Positions 19,201 to 28,239 of a stretch of 38,034 nucleotides of DNA are shown here, piece by piece; position 1 is the first letter of the stretch, and each line of letters opens with the position of its first letter. Under the pieces are notes generated by a model. The model had not been told where the DNA came from. It did not search any database and saw only the letters and a program-made list of their open reading frames with translations. Position numbers and translations under genes: made by a program. Source of the stretch: an uncultured Atopobium sp. (lineage in GTDB: Bacteria; Actinomycetota; Coriobacteriia; Coriobacteriales; Atopobiaceae); contig CAZEHG010000001.1 of assembly GCA_964512475.1 (NCBI GenBank), forward strand, positions 1 through 38,034. The letters are read 5' to 3'.

Positions 19201-19571
19201 TCAGCGTCGGCGCGCTGCCGCACTTCTCCATGAGCGGTACTTTCAACGCCGAGACGGGCAGCGTTCCGACGGTCAACGTGTCCTGGTACGCGCGAGGCGG
19301 CGTCTTCGGCGCGAACTCGCCGCAGCTCATCGGCGTCGGCGACAACAGTCGCTACGACGAGGCGGTCGTGCCGCTCTCGCCGTCCGTCCTGGGCGGCATC
19401 GGCGAGGGCATCGCGGCCAACACCAAGGGCGGCTCCGTAGACGTCGACGCGATCGTCCAGGCCATCGCGCAGTCCGAGCTCGGCGTCTACATCGACGGCA
19501 AGAGGCTCGCGGCGAGCATCGTGCGGCCGATGAACCAGCAGCTCGGCAAGCTCTCGGCAAGGGGGTGCTAA
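16209..19571 (+). CDS. Tape measure protein
   Basis: 1120 aa, Ala/Gly/Ser-rich, RVDTLNNFPKVM tape-measure domain, C-terminal WYARGG. Confidence 0.95.
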   Translation: MAATVGSVNVKVMPSMSGFAASVDKSLAAAGSSSGARFGAAFSKAASSGASGVASKFQSAGTKAGDGFLSAVGSSGGKGIVSKLTGGLSSVASAFKSNGGSAGSGFASGVLGKVAGIGKSVCSAAGSGLTSLGSLFSSKGASAGKALGSSIASGFSAKSAAIVGVATSIMGKVIGVVSSSVSSAVSRVDTLNNFPKVMTNLGYSADESQASIDTLSDRLSALPTKLDDAASGVQQLAPSSKSIEQATERYLAFNDAIIAGGTSEQTQANAMAQLTKAVSTNKMEMDSWTSIQEAMPGQLTQVARAMLGEEASASDLYNAMKSGEIGVSDFADAIVELDKNGAGGVTSFSDQAVDAVGGIQTSWSNMCNAFPKGVAKVVSAIGTGNIVGAINGVKSNVNAAFAGIVEFISSPAISAAAQAFAGYVGQGVGGALDLVSAGLQNAATFASNFIVTISGNGAADAFASMLSTLGQAASDLGDAFWGCVSQITGWTDTADAGSRAADLVKAACDGLQPVVQAVGDACSWLKDNTDKVTPVLEGIAAAFIAVKARAAIGPVLTAVGTALSAIGLGGAGAGAGLATTAAGATGAGTAAALSATQILALGAAVLMVGAGVLLACAGLALLATSAVQIASAGPAAAVAMVAMVAGIAGLAVGATVLAPALTAGAVGLVAFGAAVALVGVGVLAASAGILVLSEALPGIVANGAAGAANLVLLAAGMATVGAGALALSAGVLAASVACVAAAVGVLALGAGALVAGAGLLVMGAGALVAGAGLLVMAASITTVAAGTVTLGAGALVAGAALLVMGVGAATAGAGLVVMAAGLTVAAAGVTLFGAGLTVVSAALTLAAAAVTLIAAGMSSLAGSASTCCGAFNQMSGALPSIAASGAGAAAALTAVGLALAAIQGSASSVGSSLSSASSGVSSMAKAAVSLSAALLATSASATSAGSLTAAAMATAGVALSSFASSAQSSASAAASAVSSALSRMRSEVASCQLTLPRISVGALPHFSMSGTFNAETGSVPTVNVSWYARGGVFGANSPQLIGVGDNSRYDEAVVPLSPSVLGGIGEGIAANTKGGSVDVDAIVQAIAQSELGVYIDGKRLAASIVRPMNQQLGKLSARGC

Positions 19572-20456
19572 GTGGACAACATGCGCCGCGCGTCCATCGT
19601 CGTGGACGGCTCCGACCTCTTCGGGAGGTTCGGCCTCAGGCTCACGAACGGCTCGACGTTTGCGCCGCCAGAGCCCAAGACCTACACGGTCGACATCCCG
19701 GGCGGAAACGGCGTGATCGACCTTACCGAGGCCCTCACCGGCGACGTGGCCTACGGTCAGCGCGAGATGAAGCTCGTGCTCGTCGCCACTGGCGTTGACG
19801 ACGCCGAGGACCTGCGCCGGCGGCTCTACTCCTTCCTCCACGGCCGCCGGCTCGCGTTCTCGCTCACGAGCGACCCCTGCTACACCTACACGGGCCGCTT
19901 CGCGGTGACCTCGTGCGAGGTGTCCGGCCATGACGCGGTGACGGCGAAGGTCACCGTCACGTGCGACCCCTACAAGCTCAAGGAGCGATGCGCCTACCGC
20001 CTGAACGCCACCGGCGGGAAGATGTACCGCTTTGAATCGGGCAGGCGCCCGGTGCATCCGACCATCGAGTGCGAGAGCGTCTGCTTCGTCACGTGGGAGG
20101 GCGAGACCATCACCGTTCCCGCCGGGACCTACGTCCTGCGCGACGTGGTCTTCCGCGAGGGCGTGAACGAGATCTACGTGAACTCGCGGCGCATCTGGGC
20201 CGAGACCTGGGCGGACCTCGGCGAGGGCGGCGCGGACGCGGCCACATGGGCCGGGTGCGCCGCCAACACCTGGGACGACCTCCAGCGGCTCGGGCTTGCC
20301 GACGCGGAGGGCGTGCCGCAGTCGTGGGCCGAGGTGGCCCTCGACACCTGGGCGGGGCTCGGCGCGAAGACATGGCGCGACCTCGACTACCGGCGCACCG
20401 ACGAGGCGCAGGGCAGCGCCGACGTTTACCTGACATACGACTGGGAGGACCTGTAA
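19572..20456 (+). CDS. Distal tail protein (Dit)
   Basis: PPEPKTYTVDIPGGNGVIDLTE motif, follows the tape measure gene. Confidence 0.85.
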   Translation: MDNMRRASIVVDGSDLFGRFGLRLTNGSTFAPPEPKTYTVDIPGGNGVIDLTEALTGDVAYGQREMKLVLVATGVDDAEDLRRRLYSFLHGRRLAFSLTSDPCYTYTGRFAVTSCEVSGHDAVTAKVTVTCDPYKLKERCAYRLNATGGKMYRFESGRRPVHPTIECESVCFVTWEGETITVPAGTYVLRDVVFREGVNEIYVNSRRIWAETWADLGEGGADAATWAGCAANTWDDLQRLGLADAEGVPQSWAEVALDTWAGLGAKTWRDLDYRRTDEAQGSADVYLTYDWEDL

Positions 20457-20884
20457 TGGCGAGCACCACGACGAACCTCGGGCTGACTAAGATCGACTCT
20501 TCCGACTACATCAGCCCGGACCCCATCAACGACGCCTTCGACATCATCGACAAGCTGGGCGTCGCGTACATCTCGGCCATCGGCGAGTCGAACGGGTGGC
20601 AGTACATCAAGTTCTCGAACGGCTTCGCACTGTGCGCGGCCACGTCCACCGGCGCGACGAGCGCCGGGACCCAGAGCTACAACGTGAAGAAGACCTACCC
20701 GTTCGCCTTCTCGGAGACCCCGCACCTCGTGGCCACCGGCGGCGTGGGCGGTATCGTCGGCTCCGGCATCAAACACGTCGGCAACGACAAGACCATCGCA
20801 GACGCGTGGATCGGCACGGACAGCTCCGACGCGGGGCGGTCGTGGTGGATCCATATGTTCATCTTCGGCAAGATCAGCGGCTAA
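20456..20884 (+). CDS. Minor tail protein (gp53-like C-terminal domain)
   Basis: ATG overlaps the Dit stop. TTTNLGLTK and NGWQYIKFSNG...YPFAF motifs. Confidence 0.7.
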   Translation: MASTTTNLGLTKIDSSDYISPDPINDAFDIIDKLGVAYISAIGESNGWQYIKFSNGFALCAATSTGATSAGTQSYNVKKTYPFAFSETPHLVATGGVGGIVGSGIKHVGNDKTIADAWIGTDSSDAGRSWWIHMFIFGKISG

Positions 20885-20899
20885 CTTGGGGGCGCGCTC

Positions 20900-23230
20900 A
20901 TGGCCTATCGCCTGACCTACGGTGACGGCATCCTCTTCGACCCGCACACGGCGGACGTCGTCTACGACGCCAAGCTCACGGCGAAGAGCAACAACCCGGA
21001 TTACCTCGACTTCACCGTGCCGTACGGCCATGCGCTCTACGGGAGCGTCCGCGAGCGCGGCGAGGTCGTCCGTCTCGAATGGGACGGTGCGGCGCTCTTC
21101 GTCGGCGAAATCGAGTCCATCGACGTCGACATCGAGGGTAACAAGGAGGTCGCGTGCGTCGGCGCGCTCGACTGGCTGGGAGACACCGTTGTCAGGCCTT
21201 ACAGCACCCTAGAGGGCGAGCAGCCGAACGCGGCGCCCTCGACCGTCGACGGCCTGTTCGCGTGGTACGTCGACCAGCACAACGCTCACATCCTGGACGA
21301 TCGCCGGCGCTTCTCCGTCGGCGTCAACCAGGGGTGGGCGCTCGACGAGAACAACCACGTCTATCGCAGCTCCGAGCAGCTGCCGACCACCTGGGACGAG
21401 ATAAGCGACAAGATCGTCGGCAACCTCGGCGGCTACGTCACCGTGGACTACGGCGAGACGTGCGCCGTCAACCTCTACGCGGACGTGCACGAGACGAACG
21501 CGCAGGTCATTGACTTCGGTGTGAACATCACCGATTTCTCTGAAACCACCGACACCGCCGGCATGTACACGGCGGTCCGCGCGGTCGGCAAGGCCCCGGA
21601 CAAGGAGGAGGGGAGCGAGGAGGAGCCGCAGGCCCCGACCCTCGCCGACCTCCCCGACGGCAAGACCGACGCCGAGGGCATCTATAAGCTCGGCGATGTG
21701 GTCTACTCCGCCGACGCGGTCAGCCGCTACGGGTACCGCGAATGCGCCTACAGCGACAACGACTGCACCACGGCGGCGGGGCTGCTCACGAGCGCCGTGA
21801 AGCGCCTGCAAGCCCTCATGGCCCCGTCGCTCACGGTCACGGTGAAGGCCGTTGACCTCGCGCTCTACATGGAGGGCTACGACCACCTCAAGGTGGGACA
21901 GGCCGTCCGCGTGCGCTCGTCGCTGCACGGCGTGGACGAGTACCTGATGGTCAGCTCTGTGGTGGTCGACCTGCAAGACCCGGGCAACACCGAGTACACG
22001 CTGGGCGCGGAGTACTCCACGCTCACGGGGCAGCAGTCGAGCTACCTCAAGAGCCAGACCGCCAACATCAACAAGGCGCTCGACACCGCCACGGCCATGA
22101 GCGCCGACGCGAAGGCGGCCGCCAAGGACGCCGCCGACGCGTCGACCGCCGCGCAGACAGCGGCCGAGAGCGCCGAGAGCGCCGCGCAGACGGCGGGCAA
22201 GGCCGTGACCACCGTCACGGTGGAGTACGCCGTTGGGGACGCGCAGGCCGCGCCCGAGAGCGGCTGGGGCACCGCCACGCCGACGCGCTCCGAGGGGCAG
22301 ACCGTCTGGATGCGCACCGTCACCGCGACCGCCGAGGGCGCGACCTCGACCAGCGAGCCGGCGCCCGTCACCGGAGACGCGGGAGACCAAGGCCCGCAGG
22401 GCGCGGACGGCAAGTCACCCACCGCCACCGTGACTAAGAGCGGCACGACCGCCACCATCACCGTCAACAACACGGACGGCACCAGCACGACCGCCACCGT
22501 GAGCGACGGCGAGAAGGGCGAGAAGGGCGACGCCGGGGCCAAGGGCGATCAAGGCCCCAATGGAGACGCCGGCGTGGACGGCGCGTCCGTCGCCGCCGTC
22601 AAGCTCCAGTACGCCATCTGCGACAGCTCGACCACCGCGCCCGCGTCCTCGTGGCAAGACAGCGTGCCGGACTGGCAGACGGGCTATTACATCTGGCAGC
22701 GCAGCGTGACCACCATCGAGGCGGCGGACGGCAGCACGACCGAGCAGTACGGGGACGCCGCGCTGTTCGGCGTGATGAACTCGCTTGCCGGGACCGTGGA
22801 CGGGCACACGACGCAGATAACCCAGATGGGCGACCAGATAGTGACGAAGGCCTCGAAGGAGAGCGTCACGACGCAGGTCAACAGCGCCGTCCAGCAGACC
22901 GCCGACGAGCTGAGCGCGGCCATCCAGACCGTCTCCGATACCGTGGCCGCGCAGGGCACCGTGACGGGCAACGTCTCGTCGTACATGACCTTCGCGGACC
23001 CGACGGGCGGCTCGCCGCAGCTCACGATCGGCACGACCAGCTCGGACATGAAGACCGTGATCACCAACGACCAGATGCGGTTCGAGCAGAGCGACGGGAC
23101 CGCGCTGCTGACGGTGGACGGCTCGTCCTCGTCGGTCACGGCGCGCAACCTCGTCATGGGCGACTACCAGTGGCAGACGCCCGGTGCCGGCCGCATCCAG
23201 CTCGTCTACGTGGGGGGGGGGAGTAGCTAA
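20900..23230 (+). CDS. Tail spike / baseplate hub (Tal-like) with collagen-like segments
   Basis: Phage tail-endopeptidase-like N-terminus (IDFGVNITD) and G-X-Y repeats near 22380-22580. Confidence 0.85.
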   Translation: MAYRLTYGDGILFDPHTADVVYDAKLTAKSNNPDYLDFTVPYGHALYGSVRERGEVVRLEWDGAALFVGEIESIDVDIEGNKEVACVGALDWLGDTVVRPYSTLEGEQPNAAPSTVDGLFAWYVDQHNAHILDDRRRFSVGVNQGWALDENNHVYRSSEQLPTTWDEISDKIVGNLGGYVTVDYGETCAVNLYADVHETNAQVIDFGVNITDFSETTDTAGMYTAVRAVGKAPDKEEGSEEEPQAPTLADLPDGKTDAEGIYKLGDVVYSADAVSRYGYRECAYSDNDCTTAAGLLTSAVKRLQALMAPSLTVTVKAVDLALYMEGYDHLKVGQAVRVRSSLHGVDEYLMVSSVVVDLQDPGNTEYTLGAEYSTLTGQQSSYLKSQTANINKALDTATAMSADAKAAAKDAADASTAAQTAAESAESAAQTAGKAVTTVTVEYAVGDAQAAPESGWGTATPTRSEGQTVWMRTVTATAEGATSTSEPAPVTGDAGDQGPQGADGKSPTATVTKSGTTATITVNNTDGTSTTATVSDGEKGEKGDAGAKGDQGPNGDAGVDGASVAAVKLQYAICDSSTTAPASSWQDSVPDWQTGYYIWQRSVTTIEAADGSTTEQYGDAALFGVMNSLAGTVDGHTTQITQMGDQIVTKASKESVTTQVNSAVQQTADELSAAIQTVSDTVAAQGTVTGNVSSYMTFADPTGGSPQLTIGTTSSDMKTVITNDQMRFEQSDGTALLTVDGSSSSVTARNLVMGDYQWQTPGAGRIQLVYVGGGSS

Positions 23231-24690
23231 TGGCGATAACCTGGTCAAATGACGTGGCTCTCAACAATGACGAGATGTTCTGCGTCGGCATCGACTACTA
23301 CATCCTGTCGGAGAACAACTACCAGGCCACCATCCGCGCGGACGTGTATATCTCGACATGGCTCTACGGGTCGAGCACATATGCTTTCTGGGTCAAAATC
23401 GGCCTGCATACGAGCACCACAGAGTTTTGGGTCAATCTGAAGGACGGCAAGTACCAGCTCGTGAAGACTTGGGACGTGACCGTCACCAAATCAAACGACT
23501 CCAGCTTCAACGCCTATTGCTACGCCATCGGCTGGACACATGACCTATACACGAACACGGTCGGTGGAAACCTCTCCGTCGCCAAAGGCTACTGGCACTA
23601 CGTGGCCTACGACGCCAACGGCGGCATCGGGGCGCCCGCGTCGCAGATCAAATACTACGGCGCTCCCATCTACCTCAGCAGCGCCGCTCCGACGCGCGAG
23701 AACTACGACTTCACCGGCTGGAAGAACACCCTGACCGGTGAGGTGACCCAGGCGGGCGGCGCGTACGGCTACGACATGCGCGGCACCAACACGCTCGTCG
23801 CGCAGTGGCAGATCATCCACAAGCCGCCGTCCGTCGCCATCCAGCAGCCGTACCGCGTGGCGAGCGCCGACGCGACGGAGGCGATCTCGCTGGGCACCTA
23901 CGTCCGCGCGCCGGTGACGTGGGCGTGCGACCAGACCGGATACGAGACGGTCGAGTGCGCGTCGGTGACCGCGACGGTTATCGCGGACGATAGTAGCGAG
24001 GTGACCGACGTCGCGGTGTCCGGTACCATCACGGGCGCGGCAGGCACCGCCTACGTCGTGTTCCCGCTCGCGACCACGTCACACACCTCGGTTTCCGTGA
24101 CCGTCACCGAGACCGCGACGCCGGCATCGGGCGACGCCGTGACATACCAGGCCGTCTCCACGGCATACGTCGGCAAGGCCAACGTGCCGCTCGACATCGC
24201 CAACAAGGGCAACAGCGTGGCCATCCTCTCGACCGCGGGCGAGGAGGACACGATCACGCTCGGGTCGCTGACTATCGCGGACGTCACCCAAAACACCATC
24301 GGCACCCTTCCCATGTCCCGTCTCCTCGGCTTTATCGACGCCCTGAACAACAACCCCCGCGACACCACTATCAATAACGCGGCATCCGGCATGTACTGTC
24401 AGGCGTTCGAGACCCCCACGGGGGTCATCCTCGGCGCGAACTCGACCGGTACGTCGTTTAGTGCCCGCTCGGTGGTATGCAAGGTGTACACGACCGGCAA
24501 ATTCTCTAACACCGGTGAGAAGTTCATGCGAGGCGTCTTCGCGAAACACCAGTCCGGCATCTACGTAGCCTACGGCTCCGACGGCCACACCATCACCATC
24601 ACGACCGAGGGAGCGCCGTCCCTGGCGGCTCGGGACACGCTCCAAGTCTTCATCCCATGCATGTGGACCGTCGACACGACCGAATCGTAA
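23230..24690 (+). CDS. Putative receptor-binding / tail fibre protein with InlB-B (Flg_new)-like repeat
   Basis: VAYDANGG...PTRENYDFTGW...TLVAQW, position after Tal. Confidence 0.7.
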   Translation: MAITWSNDVALNNDEMFCVGIDYYILSENNYQATIRADVYISTWLYGSSTYAFWVKIGLHTSTTEFWVNLKDGKYQLVKTWDVTVTKSNDSSFNAYCYAIGWTHDLYTNTVGGNLSVAKGYWHYVAYDANGGIGAPASQIKYYGAPIYLSSAAPTRENYDFTGWKNTLTGEVTQAGGAYGYDMRGTNTLVAQWQIIHKPPSVAIQQPYRVASADATEAISLGTYVRAPVTWACDQTGYETVECASVTATVIADDSSEVTDVAVSGTITGAAGTAYVVFPLATTSHTSVSVTVTETATPASGDAVTYQAVSTAYVGKANVPLDIANKGNSVAILSTAGEEDTITLGSLTIADVTQNTIGTLPMSRLLGFIDALNNNPRDTTINNAASGMYCQAFETPTGVILGANSTGTSFSARSVVCKVYTTGKFSNTGEKFMRGVFAKHQSGIYVAYGSDGHTITITTEGAPSLAARDTLQVFIPCMWTVDTTES

Positions 24691-24704
24691 AGAAAGAGGC
24701 AGCT

Positions 24705-25172
24705 ATGTCCATCAAGTTAACCCTCGAATGCACCTGCGCTGCATGCGGCGCGACCACCTCCGGAACACCCGACGAGGTATCCACTGTCGGCTGGGTGCGG
24801 ATGATCGTCGACCAGTCTAACGCCAAGTACAAGCCCGTGCTCCTCGACGGCTGGTCGGGCGTCACGTCCTCCGACGACTGCATCTGCAAGGACTGCTACG
24901 ACGCCTACTACGCCCTGCAGGAGAAGGCCGACGAGGCCCAGCAGGCCGCATACGACGCGCTGGGCAAGTTCACGCCCACCCCGTCCCCGAGCGGCGGCTC
25001 CGGCACCGAGGACGACCCGTACACCTTCGAGGCGGGCGTCGTGTGCGTCCTCAACGCCTACTACGCCCACGACGGCAAGCTCTACGTGTACATGCCCGCC
25101 GACGCCGAGGCCAAGTCCTACGGAAGCTGGGAGGCCGCCGAGGCCGACTTCGCGGAGTGGTCCGCCGAGTAA
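24705..25172 (+). CDS. Hypothetical protein (Cys pairs; C-terminal domain shared with 27801-28166)
   Basis: GAGG RBS, CxCxxC and CxxC motifs. Confidence 0.7.
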   Translation: MSIKLTLECTCAACGATTSGTPDEVSTVGWVRMIVDQSNAKYKPVLLDGWSGVTSSDDCICKDCYDAYYALQEKADEAQQAAYDALGKFTPTPSPSGGSGTEDDPYTFEAGVVCVLNAYYAHDGKLYVYMPADAEAKSYGSWEAAEADFAEWSAE

Positions 25173-25186
25173 AAAAAGGAGACCTC

Positions 25187-25513
25187 TTGGACCCCATCAC
25201 ATCCACACTGCTCACGGCCGTCATCAGCGCCGTCGTCTCGTCGCTCGTCGCGATGGTCAAGGCCGGCGGAAAGAAGGCCATCGAGCGCACCGAGGCCGAG
25301 AAGGCCGCCGACGAGGCCATGCGCGCCGGAATGCGCGCGCTGCTCTGGCGCGAGCTGCAGGTCATCCACGCGCACGCGACGGACCGAGGCGGCATGAGCG
25401 TCTCGGAGCGGCGGCACCTTGAGTCCGTCTACCAGGCCTACCACGGCCTGGGCGGCAACGGCACCGGCACGAGGCTCTACAACGACGCGATGTCGATGCC
25501 CGTCATCGACTAG
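25187..25513 (+). CDS. Holin-like membrane protein
   Basis: AAGGAG RBS, TTG start, N-terminal TM, YQAYHGLGGNGTGT motif common in phage lysis modules. Confidence 0.7.
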   Translation: MDPITSTLLTAVISAVVSSLVAMVKAGGKKAIERTEAEKAADEAMRAGMRALLWRELQVIHAHATDRGGMSVSERRHLESVYQAYHGLGGNGTGTRLYNDAMSMPVID

Positions 25514-25525
25514 GAAGGAACGATC

Positions 25526-25795
25526 ATGTACATCGACCCCGAGGCATACAACCCTGACGAGCTCAAGGGCGAGGACGCCGCCCTCATGCGCGGCTACGGC
25601 CTCGCCGTGGACGACGCACTGGGGTTCCTCGACACCTGCGCCGAGGACGCCGTGACGGGCGTCAAGGCATTCGACAAGCTCTACAGGCAGGTCGTGGCGC
25701 AGGTGCGCGAGCGCCTTGAGTACAACCTCGAAGGATGCCGCCTTGAGCACACGGCGGGCATCATGGACGCGGACGAAAGCTATTGGGAGAAGTAA
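25526..25795 (+). CDS. Hypothetical protein
   Basis: AAGGA RBS and typical codon usage. Confidence 0.65.
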   Translation: MYIDPEAYNPDELKGEDAALMRGYGLAVDDALGFLDTCAEDAVTGVKAFDKLYRQVVAQVRERLEYNLEGCRLEHTAGIMDADESYWEK

Positions 25796-25805
25796 GGAGA
25801 AAGCG

Positions 25806-26024
25806 ATGCAGTACATCATCCCCGACAAGGTCTACCAGGCGCTCAAGTGGGCGGGCCTCGTGGCCCTGCCCGCGCTGGCCGTGTTCTACGGCACCGTGGC
25901 CCCGCTGTGGGGCTGGCCCGCGCCCGAGGCCGTGGTGACCACGATCAACGCCGCCGGCGTGCTCATGGGCGCGTGCCTGGGCTACAGCGCCCTCACGGCA
26001 AAGACCGACGGGAAGGGCGAGTAG
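25806..26024 (+). CDS. Holin, Dp-1 family
   Basis: IPDKVYQALKW..LPALAVFY...LWGWP...LG, two TM segments. Confidence 0.85.
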   Translation: MQYIIPDKVYQALKWAGLVALPALAVFYGTVAPLWGWPAPEAVVTTINAAGVLMGACLGYSALTAKTDGKGE

Positions 26025-26272
26025 TGCGCGCCCCCTGCGCGCTCGCGGGGGCCGTCGCCCTCGCCCTGCTCGCCGCGCTCGCCCTCGCCCTCGCGGGCTG
26101 GGCGCTCGTGTCGGCGACACAGCCCGACCCGGACATCGCCCGCGGGGCGGAGGCCAAGCCCGTCGTCTACGACCGCGTTGACGGCGGCCGCATGGTCGTC
26201 GACGAGTCGACCGGCGAGTCGTGGGTCGAGCATCCGGACGGCTCGCGCGACTACCTCACCCGCGGCGAGTAG
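26024..26272 (+). CDS. Small secreted or membrane-anchored protein
   Basis: GTG overlaps the holin stop, hydrophobic N-terminus. Confidence 0.55.
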   Translation: MRAPCALAGAVALALLAALALALAGWALVSATQPDPDIARGAEAKPVVYDRVDGGRMVVDESTGESWVEHPDGSRDYLTRGE

Positions 26273-26565
26273 CCGTTAAAAACGCGTCCTGCCGCATTTT
26301 CAGCGGTTAGAAGCGGGGCGGTACCCCTGAGAACTGGGTACAGGGACCGGGGGTCCCGTGTAAGTTAACCAATTCGGCGCTCCCTGCGCGCCGCTCGCGA
26401 TGTGCTCAGATTCGCGCCGAATGCGCGGGATGGCCGCGCCAAATCATGAAATCGGCCCCTATTTATGAATTAGAGGTTATTTTTCGGCATCGAAATCTTA
26501 CATGCGCGGTTTCGATGCACGGGCGCGGTAGTTCAATGTTTCATCACCAACGAAAGGAGGGGCGC

Positions 26566-26922
26566 ATGGCCTTCATCATCGACGAGAACCGCACGATGAG
26601 CATCACGCGCGGCGACTCGGGGCCGTTCGACGTAAACATGGTCAAGGGCAAGGGCGGCTCCGAGTACGAGCTGGCCGACGGCGACACGCTCACCTTCACC
26701 GTCAAGCGGTCGAGCGCCGGCGGCGAGGAGGCGCTCATCCAGAAGGTCGCGACGGCCGCGAACGGCGGCGCGAGCTTCACCATCGACCCGGCGGACACGC
26801 GCGCCCTCGAGGCCGTCGGCCGCTATAAGTATCAAGTCAAGCTCGTGACGGCCCTCGGCGAGGAGGACACCATCACCGGCATCAGGCCGCTGGCCTTCGT
26901 CGTCTGCGAGTCCCTGGCATGA
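26566..26922 (+). CDS. BppU-N-like virion accessory protein
   Basis: AAGGAGG RBS, ITRGDS...LTFTVK...IDPADT...YKYQVKL. Confidence 0.65.
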   Translation: MAFIIDENRTMSITRGDSGPFDVNMVKGKGGSEYELADGDTLTFTVKRSSAGGEEALIQKVATAANGGASFTIDPADTRALEAVGRYKYQVKLVTALGEEDTITGIRPLAFVVCESLA

Positions 26923-27791
26923 GCGCCGCCGAGCCGCAGGTCCTCCGCTGCGAGATAACGGCCCGCCCGCGCGTCGAGGGCACCGTGACCGTCGCGACCG
27001 ACCGACCCCGCTACCCCGGCCCCTACGACGTCACGCCGGCCGCCGACGCGCAGGTGCTCGCCACCAAGGGCCTCGCGATGTCGGCCGACGTCAGCGTGGG
27101 CGGCATGGGCGAGGCCATCGAGGAGGCCGAGAGGGACGCCATGCGCCGGCTCGTCGACGGGAGCTTTACGGGGGAGTATCGGGACGAGGAGATGACCGAG
27201 CTGCGCGCGGGCGCCTTCCAGGGCTGTACCGGCCTGACCGAGGTCGACCTGCCCGCCGTGACGCAGGTTGGCAACTCAGCCTTCCAGGGCTGCACCGGCC
27301 TGACCTCCGTCGAGTTGCCAGCAGCGACCTCCGTGGGTTCCAGCGCCTTCCAGGCCTGCACCTCTTTGCGAGAGTTGAAGCTGTTGAACGCGAAGACGTA
27401 CGATACCTCCGCGTTTCGAGGCTGCACGTCGCTTGTTCGCCTAACCCTCCCGTCCCTCTCATACGTCGGATGGACCATGGCCGTCGGCTGCACCGCGCTT
27501 CAGGCGGTCGATATGGGCACGCCGACGACGGCGAACCCGATTACGCTCGGATCGAACGGCTTCCAGTCGTGCTCGTCTCTCGTCGCGGTCATCCTGCGCA
27601 GGACGAGCGCAGTGGTCTCCATGGGCGCGCTGTCGACCTTCGACGGCACCCCCATCGCCAACGGCACCGGATACATCTACGTCCCGCGCGCCCTGGTCGA
27701 CAAGTACAAGGCCGCGACCAACTGGTCCGTCTACGCCGACCAGTTCCGCGCCATCGAGGACTACCCCGACATCTGCGACCCCGACGACTAA
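26919..27791 (+). CDS. BspA-type leucine-rich repeat (LRR_5) protein
   Basis: Repeats of AFQGCTGLTxVxLP, and C-terminal IYVPRALVDKYKAATNW. Confidence 0.9.
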   Translation: MSAAEPQVLRCEITARPRVEGTVTVATDRPRYPGPYDVTPAADAQVLATKGLAMSADVSVGGMGEAIEEAERDAMRRLVDGSFTGEYRDEEMTELRAGAFQGCTGLTEVDLPAVTQVGNSAFQGCTGLTSVELPAATSVGSSAFQACTSLRELKLLNAKTYDTSAFRGCTSLVRLTLPSLSYVGWTMAVGCTALQAVDMGTPTTANPITLGSNGFQSCSSLVAVILRRTSAVVSMGALSTFDGTPIANGTGYIYVPRALVDKYKAATNWSVYADQFRAIEDYPDICDPDD

Positions 27792-27800
27792 GGAGACACT

Positions 27801-28166
27801 ATGGCCATCAAGACCGAGACAACCACCATCAACGGGCGCGATTTCACCCGCACCTATTCCACGTCCGGCAAGTACATCGAGCGCGACGGCGAGAGGTACT
27901 CCGAGGCGCTCGACCCCGTGGGCACATCCCGCGAGTACGCCGAGACCGACGAGGACATCCCCCTCGACGGCAAGTTCACCCCCGACGAGGACGAGACCGG
28001 CGCGGACGGCTCCGAGGAGCGCCCGTACGCCTTCGAGCCGGGCACGGAGTGCGTCCCGAACGCGTTCTACACCGCGCCCACCAAGTACGTCTTCATGCCC
28101 GCCGACGCGGAGAAGCACAGCTACGGCAGCTGGGCCGAAGCCGCGGCGGATATGGTGGAGTGGTAA
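27801..28166 (+). CDS. Hypothetical virion accessory protein
   Basis: AAGGAG RBS, RTYS..GKYIERDG.RYSEALD...YAETD motif. Confidence 0.75.
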   Translation: MAIKTETTTINGRDFTRTYSTSGKYIERDGERYSEALDPVGTSREYAETDEDIPLDGKFTPDEDETGADGSEERPYAFEPGTECVPNAFYTAPTKYVFMPADAEKHSYGSWAEAAADMVEW

Positions 28167-28239
28167 TAAACGACAGATAGGAGAAGCGTTATGGACGAAG
28201 AGACCGTCGCCGAGCTCAACGACAACAAGGGGGAAGACG

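Noticed and set aside
17294..19798. Long alternative-frame and antisense ORFs over the tape measure and other genes
   Set aside because: Arg/Pro-rich shadow ORFs expected from high GC3 codon usage.
24996..28166. Diversity-generating retroelement TR/VR pair
   Set aside because: The duplicated module differs at many non-adenine positions, both copies are coding, and no reverse transcriptase is present.
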